From a virus, in IMG/VR virus record IMGVR_UViG_3300047678_000094, positions 33,449 to 97,448 of that record: a stretch of DNA of 64,000 bases; one strand, written 5' to 3'. Positions 9,866 to 20,811 of the stretch are shown in pieces. The position numbers were made by a program, and so were the translations under genes. Numbering within the stretch: the stretch's first letter is position 1; every line of letters starts with the position of its first letter. The notes below the pieces were generated by a model. It was given only the letters and a program-made list of their open reading frames with translations, was not told the DNA's origin and made no database searches.

Positions 9866-12507
9866 TTTTCTATTCTATAAACGCTTTGGCCGTAGTGGTC
9901 GCATCTGATACTAGGATCAACGAAAATTCTATATCCCACAGCCCGAGCTTTTTGACAAAAATCGACATCTTCACTAAGTGAATCCTCAGCTTTGATAGCC
10001 CTGTGGTAATCAAACTGAGGATATCCTATTTTGCGAAGAACATCTACCTTAATCAGAGCACAACCAAGTCCAACAGCACCAACCTCAAATAAATTTGGTG
10101 ATGGAAACGCTTTAGTACTGTAGTAGGGGGTGTAGTCCATCTTGAAAACTTCAAGGACCTGGCTTGGTTTGCGCTGACGATAGATTCCTCCGACAACATC
10201 TTTACCATGATTTATCAAACGTGCCACGGTCGTTGGTGCAAAGGCAATGTCGTGATCAACACACATTAGATAATCATAATTGTTCTCTATCGCATAGTTC
10301 GCGATGAGATTCCTGACTTGATCTACATTGTATCCGTAGAAGTATTGGAAGTCCATCACAACACCGCCTGGTGTTACTTGTTCGTAAATTGATTTGAATG
10401 TTTCCGGTTCAATGTATCTTGCCGTTGGAATTGCGATCAATAATCTCTTTGGCATTACGTTCTGCTCCAGTGCCTTCTTAGCGTTACGTGTTTGTTCTTC
10501 AGAATTTACCTTGTAGTCGTTCTGAGGATTCAAATCATTATACACAACTTGAATTTCCTTTACCGCCACAATCTCATCTGGCTCGCATCTCTCTATCATC
10601 TCATAGAACATAGCTGTGTCACCACCAGCCATCATCCATTTACCATCAGCATCTTTTAGTTGCTCGCGCCTAATACCCTTGATGAGATTAGAAGAGAAAG
10701 TACGAAGATGCGTGTATGGAATATTCCATGGGAATAGGTGTGTTCTATACGACTTATTCTCTTTGATGTGTAGAGGATAGTCTTGTGCGATGAGTGGTAT
10801 GTTGTCAGCCATAGACCAACAGCTACCGTATGTGAACTTCGCACCTTCTTTGATGTAGAGATCATTCAAGCGACTGAAGATATAAGGATCGTTCTTGAGT
10901 TTGTCATCCCCATCTAGGATGATACAAATCTCACCATTCGGATCCTTACAGAAGTCGTCGATATTATCCATAATGCGGAGTTGATTTAGTACCGCTCCAT
11001 CACGCTTTTCTGAAAGATAGAAGAGTTTAATTGTATCAGCGCCAACCCAACCTAATTCGTCTCGTACTTGACTGATAATTCTTTTAGTATCATCTGTTGA
11101 TGCGTCATCTGATATGTACATCACATAGTTTGAGTAGTCTTGAGCGGCTACCGAACGCATACACTCTTCAATGTACCTTTCACCATTACGAACTGTCGTG
11201 ATGATGTTTATCTTACGTTCTTTGAATTCGGTTCGTTCATAATTGTCTTCTGGATTTGTCCAGCGACGATTGAATACGCGCTTCACCTTTTGGTTGATAG
11301 TTGTTGCGCGACGTTGTTCTTCTACGGGGAGATATCCACCAACCTTACGGTAGATGTGTTGTTTCCACTGAAGAGCAATGGTATCCCATGTGGCAATGTC
11401 TTTGATAACATCACAGTAGTTCTGTTTTTGCATGTAGAGATAAGTGTTCTCGTAAGCAGCCACTACTGTGTTTACAAAGTTCTCCACTTGCCATTCTTCA
11501 TTGATATTGGGATACAGAACGTTTGGTGTGGTTGAATAAGGTAACTTGTAGCATGCCATATCAATAGCTGTTTCCTCAAGAGCACCAAAGTTCGCGGTAA
11601 TGACTGGTGTTCTATGGTAGAGAGCTTCAAGCGTTGAGATACCAAACGTTTCCGGATACTCCGTTGGGTAAAGCATAAACCCAGCTGTCTTAATGATATC
11701 CGCTACTATTTCTTGCGTTACGGAACCGGTGAATGTGACATTCAAGTCTGGCCTTATTTGCATCTTCTCTTTCCACAACTTAACATCTTCACCTTGCTTA
11801 TCAAGCTTGTCACCAGGGAAATTGTAGTATCCACCAATAATAGTAAGTCGCGCATCTTGGATACGCGTGCGCACGCGAGGCCAGACTTTCTCAAGTAGCA
11901 CTCTCATACCTTTGGTGTAAGCGGCATTGAATACAAAGTGGTTGTGATCTCGTGGAATACTTGATTCTTTTCCGTAATCGTTCACACCATTACGTGTCTG
12001 CCAGATTGCTCGTTTGAGCATCTCAAAGTTACGACGATTTCCGGTGTGATCACAATTAGTAATGTAGGATGTGTGGAAATCTGATAGAGTCCAGACCTCA
12101 TCAAGTAATCCATTCACTACCAACGGTTCAATAGAACTATCGTCTACGGTAAAGGTATCGTGCATCCACAGCACCCTTAGCTTTGCCTTCTTAACGAAAT
12201 CACCAGCAAAGCTGTTGCAAATAGGATCTGAACTTTCATAGAAGATAGTAGGCGATCGAACCGATATCACGATATCAGCAGGATTTACAGGACCGTTCTT
12301 GACGTTTCTGTATTCTACTCCATTATACCAATCTTCATCTTCTATCTTACAGTTATTGTAGACTGTAACACCAAAACCGATTTCTTGGAGTTCTCTAGCC
12401 ATAGAGATAACTGCGGACTCAGAACCACCTAGCCCTCGTTCATTCAGCGTATCACCATTATACTCAAGACCGTTTGGGTCAACAAATGCAATTTTCAACG
12501 TATTCAT
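9862..12507 (-). CDS. Three-domain glycosyltransferase (GT-B/GT4-like plus two GT-A/GT2-like domains)
   Basis: GLGGSE, WMHD and ETFGISTLEA (GT4-like); DDASTD and LDGDD (GT2); VDHDI, GLGCALIK and SEDVDFC (second GT2-like). Confidence 0.85.
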   Translation of the reverse strand: MNTLKIAFVDPNGLEYNGDTLNERGLGGSESAVISMARELQEIGFGVTVYNNCKIEDEDWYNGVEYRNVKNGPVNPADIVISVRSPTIFYESSDPICNSFAGDFVKKAKLRVLWMHDTFTVDDSSIEPLVVNGLLDEVWTLSDFHTSYITNCDHTGNRRNFEMLKRAIWQTRNGVNDYGKESSIPRDHNHFVFNAAYTKGMRVLLEKVWPRVRTRIQDARLTIIGGYYNFPGDKLDKQGEDVKLWKEKMQIRPDLNVTFTGSVTQEIVADIIKTAGFMLYPTEYPETFGISTLEALYHRTPVITANFGALEETAIDMACYKLPYSTTPNVLYPNINEEWQVENFVNTVVAAYENTYLYMQKQNYCDVIKDIATWDTIALQWKQHIYRKVGGYLPVEEQRRATTINQKVKRVFNRRWTNPEDNYERTEFKERKINIITTVRNGERYIEECMRSVAAQDYSNYVMYISDDASTDDTKRIISQVRDELGWVGADTIKLFYLSEKRDGAVLNQLRIMDNIDDFCKDPNGEICIILDGDDKLKNDPYIFSRLNDLYIKEGAKFTYGSCWSMADNIPLIAQDYPLHIKENKSYRTHLFPWNIPYTHLRTFSSNLIKGIRREQLKDADGKWMMAGGDTAMFYEMIERCEPDEIVAVKEIQVVYNDLNPQNDYKVNSEEQTRNAKKALEQNVMPKRLLIAIPTARYIEPETFKSIYEQVTPGGVVMDFQYFYGYNVDQVRNLIANYAIENNYDYLMCVDHDIAFAPTTVARLINHGKDVVGGIYRQRKPSQVLEVFKMDYTPYYSTKAFPSPNLFEVGAVGLGCALIKVDVLRKIGYPQFDYHRAIKAEDSLSEDVDFCQKARAVGYRIFVDPSIRCDHYGQSVYRIEN

Positions 12508-12521
12508 TCAAACATCATCCA

Positions 12522-12557
12522 TATAAATAAGGGGTGAACCAATATTCAATATTTAGT
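12522..12557. promoter_or_regulatory. Pair of opposing T4-type late promoters
   Basis: TATAAATA on + (12522-12529) and ACTAAATA on - (12550-12557) between divergent genes. Confidence 0.55.
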
Positions 12558-12587
12558 ATACCTTAAAGATAGGCTGAAGTCAAGGAA

Positions 12588-13787
12588 ATGTCTGAAGAAA
12601 TCACCTACATCGCAACAAACACAGATATCCAAGTTATCGACACCTTTGATCCGGGTGAAGTAAAGGCTTTGTCGTATTTGTGTCAGATAGATACTGAAGC
12701 AGAGACGGGGTTTGTTCAATTCAAAGTAGTTCATGATGGAGTTACAGCAGGTATCACACAACAAGGGTTGTCTGTTTCAGACAATTCACCTTTAAGTTTT
12801 GATGCTAACATATACTCGCACTCAGGTGAGATTAAGGTAACTCCGGTTTCGCAGCCAACAACCATTGTTATGGAAAAGACGACTATCCTCGCTAACAATT
12901 ATGCCGAACACACAAAGTGTGGCCGCTGGATTAAACACACTGAAGGTTTCGCTTTGAACTCTGACACTGTGGTTGTTAGACAAGCAAACAATAATGTGTA
13001 TGATGAACCGAGCGTCTATCTGACATCAAACACACTTGGTCCTGTTGAAGATGGACCTAATCTATTATCTAATCCGACGTTCTCTGATACCTCAGGTTGG
13101 ATTCCACATAATGATGCTGTCTTATCAAATACTATTCTAACCACGAGCAACATTTACAAAGACAACTTTATCTATCAAGCCTTCGAAGCAGAACTAGGTT
13201 ACACATACCGAGCTTCAGTTTCTGGAAGTAATGGGTCTATGGTGGTAGGAACAACACTCTCAGATAACAACTATGTTGATACCGAGTTAGCTATCAACGT
13301 TGATCGCGAGTTCACACCGAACACCGTTACCGGAATGTACTATTCGCTTGGGCATACGAATTCTGGTGACACATCTCTATTGGAGAGCTATCTTTATAAG
13401 ATCGTTCCTTTCAACACATATCGCTATGACCTCGGAACGTTCTTTATCAAGTGGGCTAACACCGCAGTAAACACCGTTCTCTGGGAGATGCTAACAGTAG
13501 AGGGTTATCCGCGTGAAGTGAAGATTAACTCTAATGGTGATGTTCAGATCACCGAAAACACGACTATACTAGTGATTGGTGCTCAAAGTGGTGGAAACAA
13601 CAAGCTTGCATTCAGTTACGAGGATGGAATTGTTGCTTCTCTTAATGGAAATTCCGTGGTCTCAAACCTAAATATTGAGATACTGGATAATATGATGACG
13701 CTTGAATTTGTGGCTCCGTTTTTACAATTCTCATACGTTCCAACAGTTATCTCAAACACCGAATTGGTAGTCCTATCGAATGGCTAG
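12588..13787 (+). CDS. Virion structural protein with putative carbohydrate-binding module
   Basis: NLLSNPTFSDTSGW is typical of CBM-like fibre domains; late promoter upstream. Confidence 0.55.
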   Translation: MSEEITYIATNTDIQVIDTFDPGEVKALSYLCQIDTEAETGFVQFKVVHDGVTAGITQQGLSVSDNSPLSFDANIYSHSGEIKVTPVSQPTTIVMEKTTILANNYAEHTKCGRWIKHTEGFALNSDTVVVRQANNNVYDEPSVYLTSNTLGPVEDGPNLLSNPTFSDTSGWIPHNDAVLSNTILTTSNIYKDNFIYQAFEAELGYTYRASVSGSNGSMVVGTTLSDNNYVDTELAINVDREFTPNTVTGMYYSLGHTNSGDTSLLESYLYKIVPFNTYRYDLGTFFIKWANTAVNTVLWEMLTVEGYPREVKINSNGDVQITENTTILVIGAQSGGNNKLAFSYEDGIVASLNGNSVVSNLNIEILDNMMTLEFVAPFLQFSYVPTVISNTELVVLSNG

Positions 13788-16700
13788 AAAAAAAGAGTAT
13801 TTTGAAAACGATGTAGCTCTGCAAGGCATTTACGCTGCAGGCTCTCTCGGTACAGCCGGACAGGTTCTTAAGTCTGATGGAGACAGCGTATATTGGGGTA
13901 CAGATTCTGCTTCCGGCGGAGATGCAGCCACACTAGACGGATACGACTCTACAGCGTTTGTGCTCGTAACAGATTACGAAGATTCTGATGTTCTAACAAA
14001 AATTAAAAACGTAGATGGGTCCGGATCGGGTCTTGATGCAGACCTTCTAGACGGCCATGACACATCATACTTTGCCACAGCTTCAAGTCTAGGTTCGTAT
14101 CTACCATTGGCTGGTGGCACGATGACTGGTGATTTGCTTATTAGTGCTGGACATGGACTTGCTTGGTCAAACAGTTCAGCAAATCGTATTTACATAGAAA
14201 ATAACGGCACAAATTGGACTTTTAATCGCCAAACATCGGTTCCTGCCTATATCGATACGCCATTCTATGTTCCACTTGCCACTGGTGTTCTTACTTTCAA
14301 TACTGGACCATACGTCGGTGCTAGCGTAATCTGGCACGCCGGTAACGATGGTGCAGGCTCAGGTCTTGATGCTGACTTGCTGGATGGTATGAACACCACA
14401 ACGGTTGGTGCAGTAAGCTCAATCTTAGCACTAGATTCCGGTGGTACTGCAACAGCATTACAATTTAATGCTTCTACAACAACACCTTATTACGCGTTCT
14501 ATCAGAGTGGCGCCGCTACTAATGAGAAGCGTTGGTATTGGGTTGCTACTGGTGGAGTTCTCTACCTCCGCACCATCAACGACGCGTTTAGTAGTGACAG
14601 CACTGTTCTTTATTTTACACGCTCAGGACAAACTCCTGGTGTTGCGCAATTTACTGTGCCATTGGGTACAACAGGACAAACGTTTGCTATCGGAAGTGTC
14701 GCCAACCCACGTTTCTATATGTACAATAGTAGCGGTACTGCTTCAACTTTAGTTGCTGGAGCCGACAGTGGTGCTGCTTGGATTGGAACATTTACGAACA
14801 GCTTCTTTTCTCTTTATGCAAATTCTGCAGAAAGACTTAGAGTAACAACTTCTGGGTCTCTATTGAGAGATGGTGCGTACACGATATGGGACAGTAACAA
14901 TGACGGTTCCGGATCGGGGCTTGATGCCGACACAACCGATGGATATCATTTAAACCAAAACGTGCTGACAACAAGTTCTCCTAGATTTGTCGGTGTTGGT
15001 GTTGCATATAGTGGAGGTTCACCAGAATTTTATCTCGATGGTGGATACACAGCATTCACCGGAAACTCCAACAATCCCGGTCTTCGTATTCAAAGATATA
15101 CAGGCAACTACTACGTAGATTTTATACACGACACAAATGGAACCGGTGAACATCTTCATATTGCTGTTCGCTCCGGCGGAGCAGCTGTAGCTACACTACG
15201 CATTTATCCAACAACTATGACCTTCTTGGGCAACACAGTTTGGCATGCCGGTAACGATGGCGCGGGTTCTGGTCTTGATGCCGATTTGCTTGATGGTATA
15301 AACAGCACGTCGTTTGCAAGATTAGACACGGATCCAACGTGGGTCTCGGGGCGAATAGTTCAGTTCACAATGAACAGCAACATTGCTCTATCGAGCGCGA
15401 CGAGCAGTGAATATTACGCTCTGGCTGCTCTTGGAAACGGGACTGGAGCCGCTGTAATTTCATTCCACCGTCCAGGATCATTCGCGGCGTATCTTGGACT
15501 TGATACGGACAATGGTCTGAAGTACGGCGGCTGGTCTGCGGGAGGACCGTTTACAGTCTGGCACTCCGGTAACGACGGTTCTGGCTCTGGTCTTGATGCT
15601 GATACCGTTGGTGGATTAAACTCCACGCAATTTCTGCGTTCAGATATAACCCAACAAGGTGGCGTCGCATATCTGGCGCAAGATTTCAATACTTATCCAA
15701 ACGTGTATAACGTCTCGTTTGCCAACATTACCGGTTCAACCAATCTGCCAACTGGTATGGCCTCAGTTAACTCGTACCGCTTTATCATGGCCGGTGGAGA
15801 TACGGCTGGGCGTGGAGTTGACCTTGTTGTCACACAGGAAAATCCTTATGCAAATATGTTCTTCAGGGAGCGAACATACGGCGGTTGGAGCAAGATTTGG
15901 CACAACAACAACGATGGCGCAGGTTCTGGTCTTGATGCCGACTTGCTCGACGGGTACAATATCGGCACATCGGGCGCCGCCATTGGCCTACTAAACGCTG
16001 CGTGGACTAGAAGTGCTGTCACTACGTTCACTCAGGGCTACGGCGTCCTCTTCGCCAACTCGGGCGCTACGCACGGCATCTTCGACTACAACAACACCGC
16101 CCTTATCATAACCTACAATACGTCTGATTGGGCTTCATCAGTTCGTATCAATTCAGCCAGCACGGATATTTATGCGAACTCAGTTCCGCTATCGTGGAAC
16201 GGACAAACCATAAACCTATCTTCAACAGCGAACCCACGTTTCTACATGTACAACAACGCCGGAACGGCTTCTACACTTATCGTAGGGGCTGATAGTGGTG
16301 CGGCATGGATTGGTACGTTCACCAACTCAAACTTCTCGCTTTACGCGAATTCATCGGAACGTCTCCGTATAGGCCCATCGGGGTCGCTTCTGCGCGATGC
16401 AACTCACACGATGTGGGACGCCAACAACGACGGCGCAGGTTCTGGTCTTGATGCCGATCTGCTTGATGGATACAGCAGCGAAGCATTCGCCCGTCTCGCT
16501 GCAACGTCAATATCCTTTACGAGTGCTGCTTCGGGCTTCAACGTGTTTCTCTCGAAATATGTGTACTTCAATATTATTGACCAAACATCAACGGATGGCC
16601 AGACAGGTATTCGGATCACAACCAAAAATGGTGCTGGTGTAGACAAACACACCTACATCTACACGACCTCAGGCAATGATCTACGCATTCAACAAGGTTC

Positions 16701-18045
16701 CGGCACGGATGGCCTAATATGGACTTCGGGTAACGGTGGTTCCGGTTCTGGTCTTGATGCCGATCTGCTTGATGGTATGGACTCCGGACGTTTTGTCTCT
16801 GGTGGTGCCACCGGAAAATCAGACGGCTCCCAGACGAACATGAATTCCAATACCCTGCGTTCTGGATTCTACTACGCAAACGCTCCAACTAACTATTCAG
16901 TAAATGATTGGTTGAATTGGATACAAGTTCGCGCGGATGCGTGGGGAGATGGTAGCCAGTACGGGTTCCAGATCGCTGGAGCTTTCCATAGTGATAACCT
17001 TCATTATCGTCGCCATACGAATGGAACCTACTATGGCTGGAATTCCATTTGGCACGCCGGTAGCGATGGTGCTGGTTCGGGCTTGGATGCGGACTTGCTC
17101 GATGGATTGAACGTCGGTACGTCCGGTTCTGCTATTCCAAATCTTGCTGCGGCCAACATCTTCGGAACGGTTCAGACGATCACGGCTGGAACCGCCGCGA
17201 CTGTAACGGAATTGATTAGGTTCAGGCCGTCTGACTATGCGACAGGCAAACCGTATCTGTTTATCCAAAACGTCGCCGCGCAGAATTATCATATTGGTCT
17301 ATGGGACGGCACCAACAACAATGGAACAATTACCTTTGATACAGCAGTTGGGCTTCCGGGGGGAAGCACCGTGGGTGGCTATTATCCGTGGACGTCGAAC
17401 AACGACGGCGCAGGTTCTGGTCTTGATGCCGATCTGCTTGATGGCTACAACACAGCAACAGCAGCTACCGCCTCAACGGTCGCTGTTCGTGATAGTTCTG
17501 GTGATATCTACTCTTCTTCCATATATGTCTCAAACTGGCTTAGAACCACAGGTTCTGCTGGTTGGTATAGCCAGACATACGGTGGTGGTACGTGGATGGA
17601 AGATACCACATACGTTAAAATATACGGCAGCAAGGCGCTTTACGTTGCTAACAACATTGATGCAACAGGCAACATCACAGCTTACTACTCTGATGAACGC
17701 CTCAAAGAACGTACAGGTATCATTAATGGAGCGTTGGACAAGATTGAAAGTCTTGATACGTTCTACTACAAAGAAAACGATATTGCTCGTTCGCTTGGGT
17801 ACAAAAACGACAAAGAACAGGTTGGTATGTCTGCACAACAAATTCAAAAGGTGCTTCCACACGTTGTTCATCGCGCGCCTGTGGACATTAAAGTCAATGA
17901 AGATGGGACACAATCCTCTAAATCGGGAGAAGAATATTTAACAGTAGATTACGCACGTGTAATGCCACTTGCGATTGCCGCTATTAAAGAACTTCGCTCT
18001 GAAGTTGCTTCTCTTCGTGCAGAAATTGCATCAATGAGGAAATAA
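13780..18045 (+). CDS. Long tail fibre with C-terminal intramolecular chaperone (peptidase S74)
   Basis: Ten GSGLDAD repeats; YYSDERLK cleavage motif, GMSAQQIQKVLP, VDYARV and a terminal coiled coil. Confidence 0.9.
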   Translation: MARKKEYFENDVALQGIYAAGSLGTAGQVLKSDGDSVYWGTDSASGGDAATLDGYDSTAFVLVTDYEDSDVLTKIKNVDGSGSGLDADLLDGHDTSYFATASSLGSYLPLAGGTMTGDLLISAGHGLAWSNSSANRIYIENNGTNWTFNRQTSVPAYIDTPFYVPLATGVLTFNTGPYVGASVIWHAGNDGAGSGLDADLLDGMNTTTVGAVSSILALDSGGTATALQFNASTTTPYYAFYQSGAATNEKRWYWVATGGVLYLRTINDAFSSDSTVLYFTRSGQTPGVAQFTVPLGTTGQTFAIGSVANPRFYMYNSSGTASTLVAGADSGAAWIGTFTNSFFSLYANSAERLRVTTSGSLLRDGAYTIWDSNNDGSGSGLDADTTDGYHLNQNVLTTSSPRFVGVGVAYSGGSPEFYLDGGYTAFTGNSNNPGLRIQRYTGNYYVDFIHDTNGTGEHLHIAVRSGGAAVATLRIYPTTMTFLGNTVWHAGNDGAGSGLDADLLDGINSTSFARLDTDPTWVSGRIVQFTMNSNIALSSATSSEYYALAALGNGTGAAVISFHRPGSFAAYLGLDTDNGLKYGGWSAGGPFTVWHSGNDGSGSGLDADTVGGLNSTQFLRSDITQQGGVAYLAQDFNTYPNVYNVSFANITGSTNLPTGMASVNSYRFIMAGGDTAGRGVDLVVTQENPYANMFFRERTYGGWSKIWHNNNDGAGSGLDADLLDGYNIGTSGAAIGLLNAAWTRSAVTTFTQGYGVLFANSGATHGIFDYNNTALIITYNTSDWASSVRINSASTDIYANSVPLSWNGQTINLSSTANPRFYMYNNAGTASTLIVGADSGAAWIGTFTNSNFSLYANSSERLRIGPSGSLLRDATHTMWDANNDGAGSGLDADLLDGYSSEAFARLAATSISFTSAASGFNVFLSKYVYFNIIDQTSTDGQTGIRITTKNGAGVDKHTYIYTTSGNDLRIQQGSGTDGLIWTSGNGGSGSGLDADLLDGMDSGRFVSGGATGKSDGSQTNMNSNTLRSGFYYANAPTNYSVNDWLNWIQVRADAWGDGSQYGFQIAGAFHSDNLHYRRHTNGTYYGWNSIWHAGSDGAGSGLDADLLDGLNVGTSGSAIPNLAAANIFGTVQTITAGTAATVTELIRFRPSDYATGKPYLFIQNVAAQNYHIGLWDGTNNNGTITFDTAVGLPGGSTVGGYYPWTSNNDGAGSGLDADLLDGYNTATAATASTVAVRDSSGDIYSSSIYVSNWLRTTGSAGWYSQTYGGGTWMEDTTYVKIYGSKALYVANNIDATGNITAYYSDERLKERTGIINGALDKIESLDTFYYKENDIARSLGYKNDKEQVGMSAQQIQKVLPHVVHRAPVDIKVNEDGTQSSKSGEEYLTVDYARVMPLAIAAIKELRSEVASLRAEIASMRK

Positions 18046-18047
18046 CT

Positions 18048-18602
18048 ATGACACTGGCAGCATCAGGCGCTATAACTCTGGTTGACATAAGAAACGAATT
18101 CAAGGCTGCTTCAGGTGCAGTAAGTTTGTCGGAAATGTATAGAAGTGGGACATATGTTCCACCATTAACAGCTAACGCTGGTATCCCAACTTCTGGGCAG
18201 ATTCAACTTGATGATTTCTATTCAACTACTGTGGTAACAGACATGGATGCCTCATATAGTGCAGAATCAATTGGAATTAAAGGTGGTGGATCTACAGTAA
18301 GTTTTACTGTAGGTAATGACGGAAACATAGCATCTATATGCATTCCTTCTATTGTTACCAATTTCAGTGATACTTGGGTAGCTTCTAGTTCTGCTCCTGG
18401 TTCTTGGTACGAGGTATATGTTAGCGTCAGTTCTGGAACCTCTCCGACCGGAGCCTCTTTAAATACTTGGCTAGCACTGAGTAGTGATAGAACTTGGACT
18501 CTCAGTAGCTCAGCTAGCTGTACGTTGACTCTGAAAATTCGACATAAATATAATACCGCTTCTGAAGAAACATGTACAATCTACTTAACCGCAGGCGCAT
18601 AA
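18048..18602 (+). CDS. Tail fibre-associated protein
   Basis: MTLAASGAITLVDIRNEF...IPTSGQIQLDDFY, a common fibre-downstream N-terminus. Confidence 0.65.
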   Translation: MTLAASGAITLVDIRNEFKAASGAVSLSEMYRSGTYVPPLTANAGIPTSGQIQLDDFYSTTVVTDMDASYSAESIGIKGGGSTVSFTVGNDGNIASICIPSIVTNFSDTWVASSSAPGSWYEVYVSVSSGTSPTGASLNTWLALSSDRTWTLSSSASCTLTLKIRHKYNTASEETCTIYLTAGA

Positions 18603-18611
18603 GGAATTTCA

Positions 18612-19124
18612 ATGTCTTCGATCGATTGGATGATAGATCAGCAAATAAAATCTGGTAGACCCATGACTTGTTCGTTCGTAGTTTTGGCTAAAGAATACAA
18701 AGCTATCCACGATGCTGAGACTAAACCAGCAGCAAAAATTAAGATAGAAAACAATTTCAGAAAAGCATTGATGGCTTTACCTGAATTTGAACCAGTTCAT
18801 TCTAGAATGATCATATCTTACTTACTGGCTAATCCGAATAACTATACTCCTGCTCAAAGAACTCTTATACTAAATGATCACATAAATTATTTGATCTCTA
18901 AAATAACTCCTGAATCAAGAGCCACTACGTTGAGTTTTTTAGAAAGTCTACTACCGAGTAATAAGAGAGCAGGGAAATTGGGGGACCATCCCGCTTTAGC
19001 TGCTCTCATTCAAACTAAGATTCTAAATTTTACACCAGCTAAACAACTACCAAAAAAACCAGAAATTTCGGTGTCAACCACGCCTATTATTGTATCTGTA
19101 GGTCCCCCATCAACCAAGTCATAA
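18612..19124 (+). CDS. Hypothetical protein
   Basis: 170-aa ORF with RBS (aagga). Confidence 0.55.
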   Translation: MSSIDWMIDQQIKSGRPMTCSFVVLAKEYKAIHDAETKPAAKIKIENNFRKALMALPEFEPVHSRMIISYLLANPNNYTPAQRTLILNDHINYLISKITPESRATTLSFLESLLPSNKRAGKLGDHPALAALIQTKILNFTPAKQLPKKPEISVSTTPIIVSVGPPSTKS

Positions 19125-19158
19125 AATATAAATAAAGCGAAGAAGTAAGGAAACTCCA

Positions 19159-19713
19159 ATGAGTACTGAGAATATGGAATACACCGTCAACAAAAAAGAC
19201 GATAAGACAGCAGAGTTGATTCTTATCGATCCGGATTCTGGGATCGTCACAACCAGAACTATCAATATTTTTGATTGTAAAAATAAAGCTCAGCTTGATG
19301 AAAGAATCGAAGCTCACCTTAGAGCCTTTGCCCACAGAATTAATGTTGGTGTTATAACAACGTCTTCTCTTCCAGCAGTAGATTTGCCATCTGACATCGT
19401 AGTTGACCCAACTCTTTCTAAAGCTAGCCAGCTGGTTCTATTGGATGTCATCGAAGCAAAAACTGGAGAAATGCTCCAGCAAGCCGAAGAAAATTTAACA
19501 AAGTTAATTAAAGAAGACGAAGACGAAGAAGCTGTCATAGAAGCTAAAGAAAAAATTGCAACAATCAAAACTTCAGTCGAGTCTATTTTTGCAGTTAAAA
19601 CTGAAACTCTTGCTCTTGTAGAACCAGTGAAAGAGGAAGTATTTGTAGAACCGGAAGTGCTGAATAATACTTTGCCAAAAACTCCAGTTCCACCAACAAC
19701 AAAACCAAAATAG
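19159..19713 (+). CDS. Hypothetical protein
   Basis: 184-aa ORF; TATAAATA at 19127 and RBS. Confidence 0.6.
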   Translation: MSTENMEYTVNKKDDKTAELILIDPDSGIVTTRTINIFDCKNKAQLDERIEAHLRAFAHRINVGVITTSSLPAVDLPSDIVVDPTLSKASQLVLLDVIEAKTGEMLQQAEENLTKLIKEDEDEEAVIEAKEKIATIKTSVESIFAVKTETLALVEPVKEEVFVEPEVLNNTLPKTPVPPTTKPK

Positions 19714-19791
19714 AGTTGGTATAAATATACTTGATGGTGGATGAGACACATCCCATCACCAAAATCACCTAACAAATAGAGAGAAAAGATT

Positions 19792-20049
19792 ATGAAAGTA
19801 GCACCTAAACTATCTAAAACTAAACCAAGTGATCCTGTAGGAGAAAGCATGAAGAAACAACACAAAGAACCTACCGTGAATGTGGTTCTGACTGCCAAAC
19901 AATTTAATATTGTGATGGCTGGACTTGGTGAACTACCACACAAACATGTTGGTAATCTCATTAATGAACTTGTGGCGCAAGTTCAACCGCAGGTCGAAGA
20001 GAAACCACCCGCGAAGGCTTCAAAAGCCCCACCAGCATCTGAAGAGTAA
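19792..20049 (+). CDS. Hypothetical protein
   Basis: 85-aa ORF downstream of TATAAATA at 19720. Confidence 0.55.
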   Translation: MKVAPKLSKTKPSDPVGESMKKQHKEPTVNVVLTAKQFNIVMAGLGELPHKHVGNLINELVAQVQPQVEEKPPAKASKAPPASEE

Positions 20050-20208
20050 TGCTTCGGCATATTCTTTTCAATCTACAATCATCTGAATATAGTGTTGATG
20101 TTGTTCCTTCTTTCGCTTTATTCGAGAGAAATCTCGATGTCGCAGAGATCGATCTAACATCAACACTTGTATCATTCCGAAGACAAATTATGGAAAGAGT
20201 TGATAATT

Positions 20209-20781
20209 ATGAACCAAATGATGAAAATATGGACAGCTAATCTCAACGGTCAGTTTGTAGATGCTATCTGCGAGGTTGGAGATAAACAACCAATCGCTCA
20301 AACAGGCATTGGATTCGCCGGAGAATCTAATGGCATTGATACAATAAGAAAGAGTGAGATTCGGTGGATCAACACATACGATCTAAACCACAAGTTCATC
20401 GTTGACACGCTCTGGAATTTTGCCAACGATGCTAATCGCGACCACTTTGGGTTTGATCTTAACTATCTCAGAGACATCCAATACACAACCTACAAATCTG
20501 AGAACAGTGGTAAGTATGATTGGCACCAGGACACCTTCTGGCTTAACCCTACCGCGAATCATCGCAAAATATCAATGATCATCCAACTCTCAGATCCCAA
20601 AGAGTATAGCGGCGGAGAATTCCAAGTTGATCCGGAGTTTGGTGTCCTGGATCAACAATCTGTGAAACAGAGAGGAACCGTGATAGCATTTCCTTCATTC
20701 TTAAGACATAGAGTAACACCAGTCACTTCCGGGATCAGAAGAAGCCTTGTTTGCTGGATAGAGGGACCTAAATTCAGATAA
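20209..20781 (+). CDS. 2OG-Fe(II) oxygenase (prolyl-4-hydroxylase/PKHD-like)
   Basis: YDWHQD, RKISMIIQLS, YSGGEF, FPSFLRHRVTPVTSGIRRSLVCW; ATG at 20209 preferred. Confidence 0.85.
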   Translation: MNQMMKIWTANLNGQFVDAICEVGDKQPIAQTGIGFAGESNGIDTIRKSEIRWINTYDLNHKFIVDTLWNFANDANRDHFGFDLNYLRDIQYTTYKSENSGKYDWHQDTFWLNPTANHRKISMIIQLSDPKEYSGGEFQVDPEFGVLDQQSVKQRGTVIAFPSFLRHRVTPVTSGIRRSLVCWIEGPKFR

Positions 20782-20811
20782 ATAGCTGAATAGACCCACT
20801 GGAGAGGTATA

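Noticed and set aside
13990-17450. Fibre repeats as CRISPR array or DGR template/variable pair
   Set aside because: In-frame, degenerate, 300-500 nt apart; no cas or reverse transcriptase gene and no adenine-specific mismatch pattern noticed
20049-20240. 63-aa ORF before the oxygenase
   Set aside because: No recognisable features and overlaps the oxygenase start; cannot support it, though TAATG coupling leaves it possible
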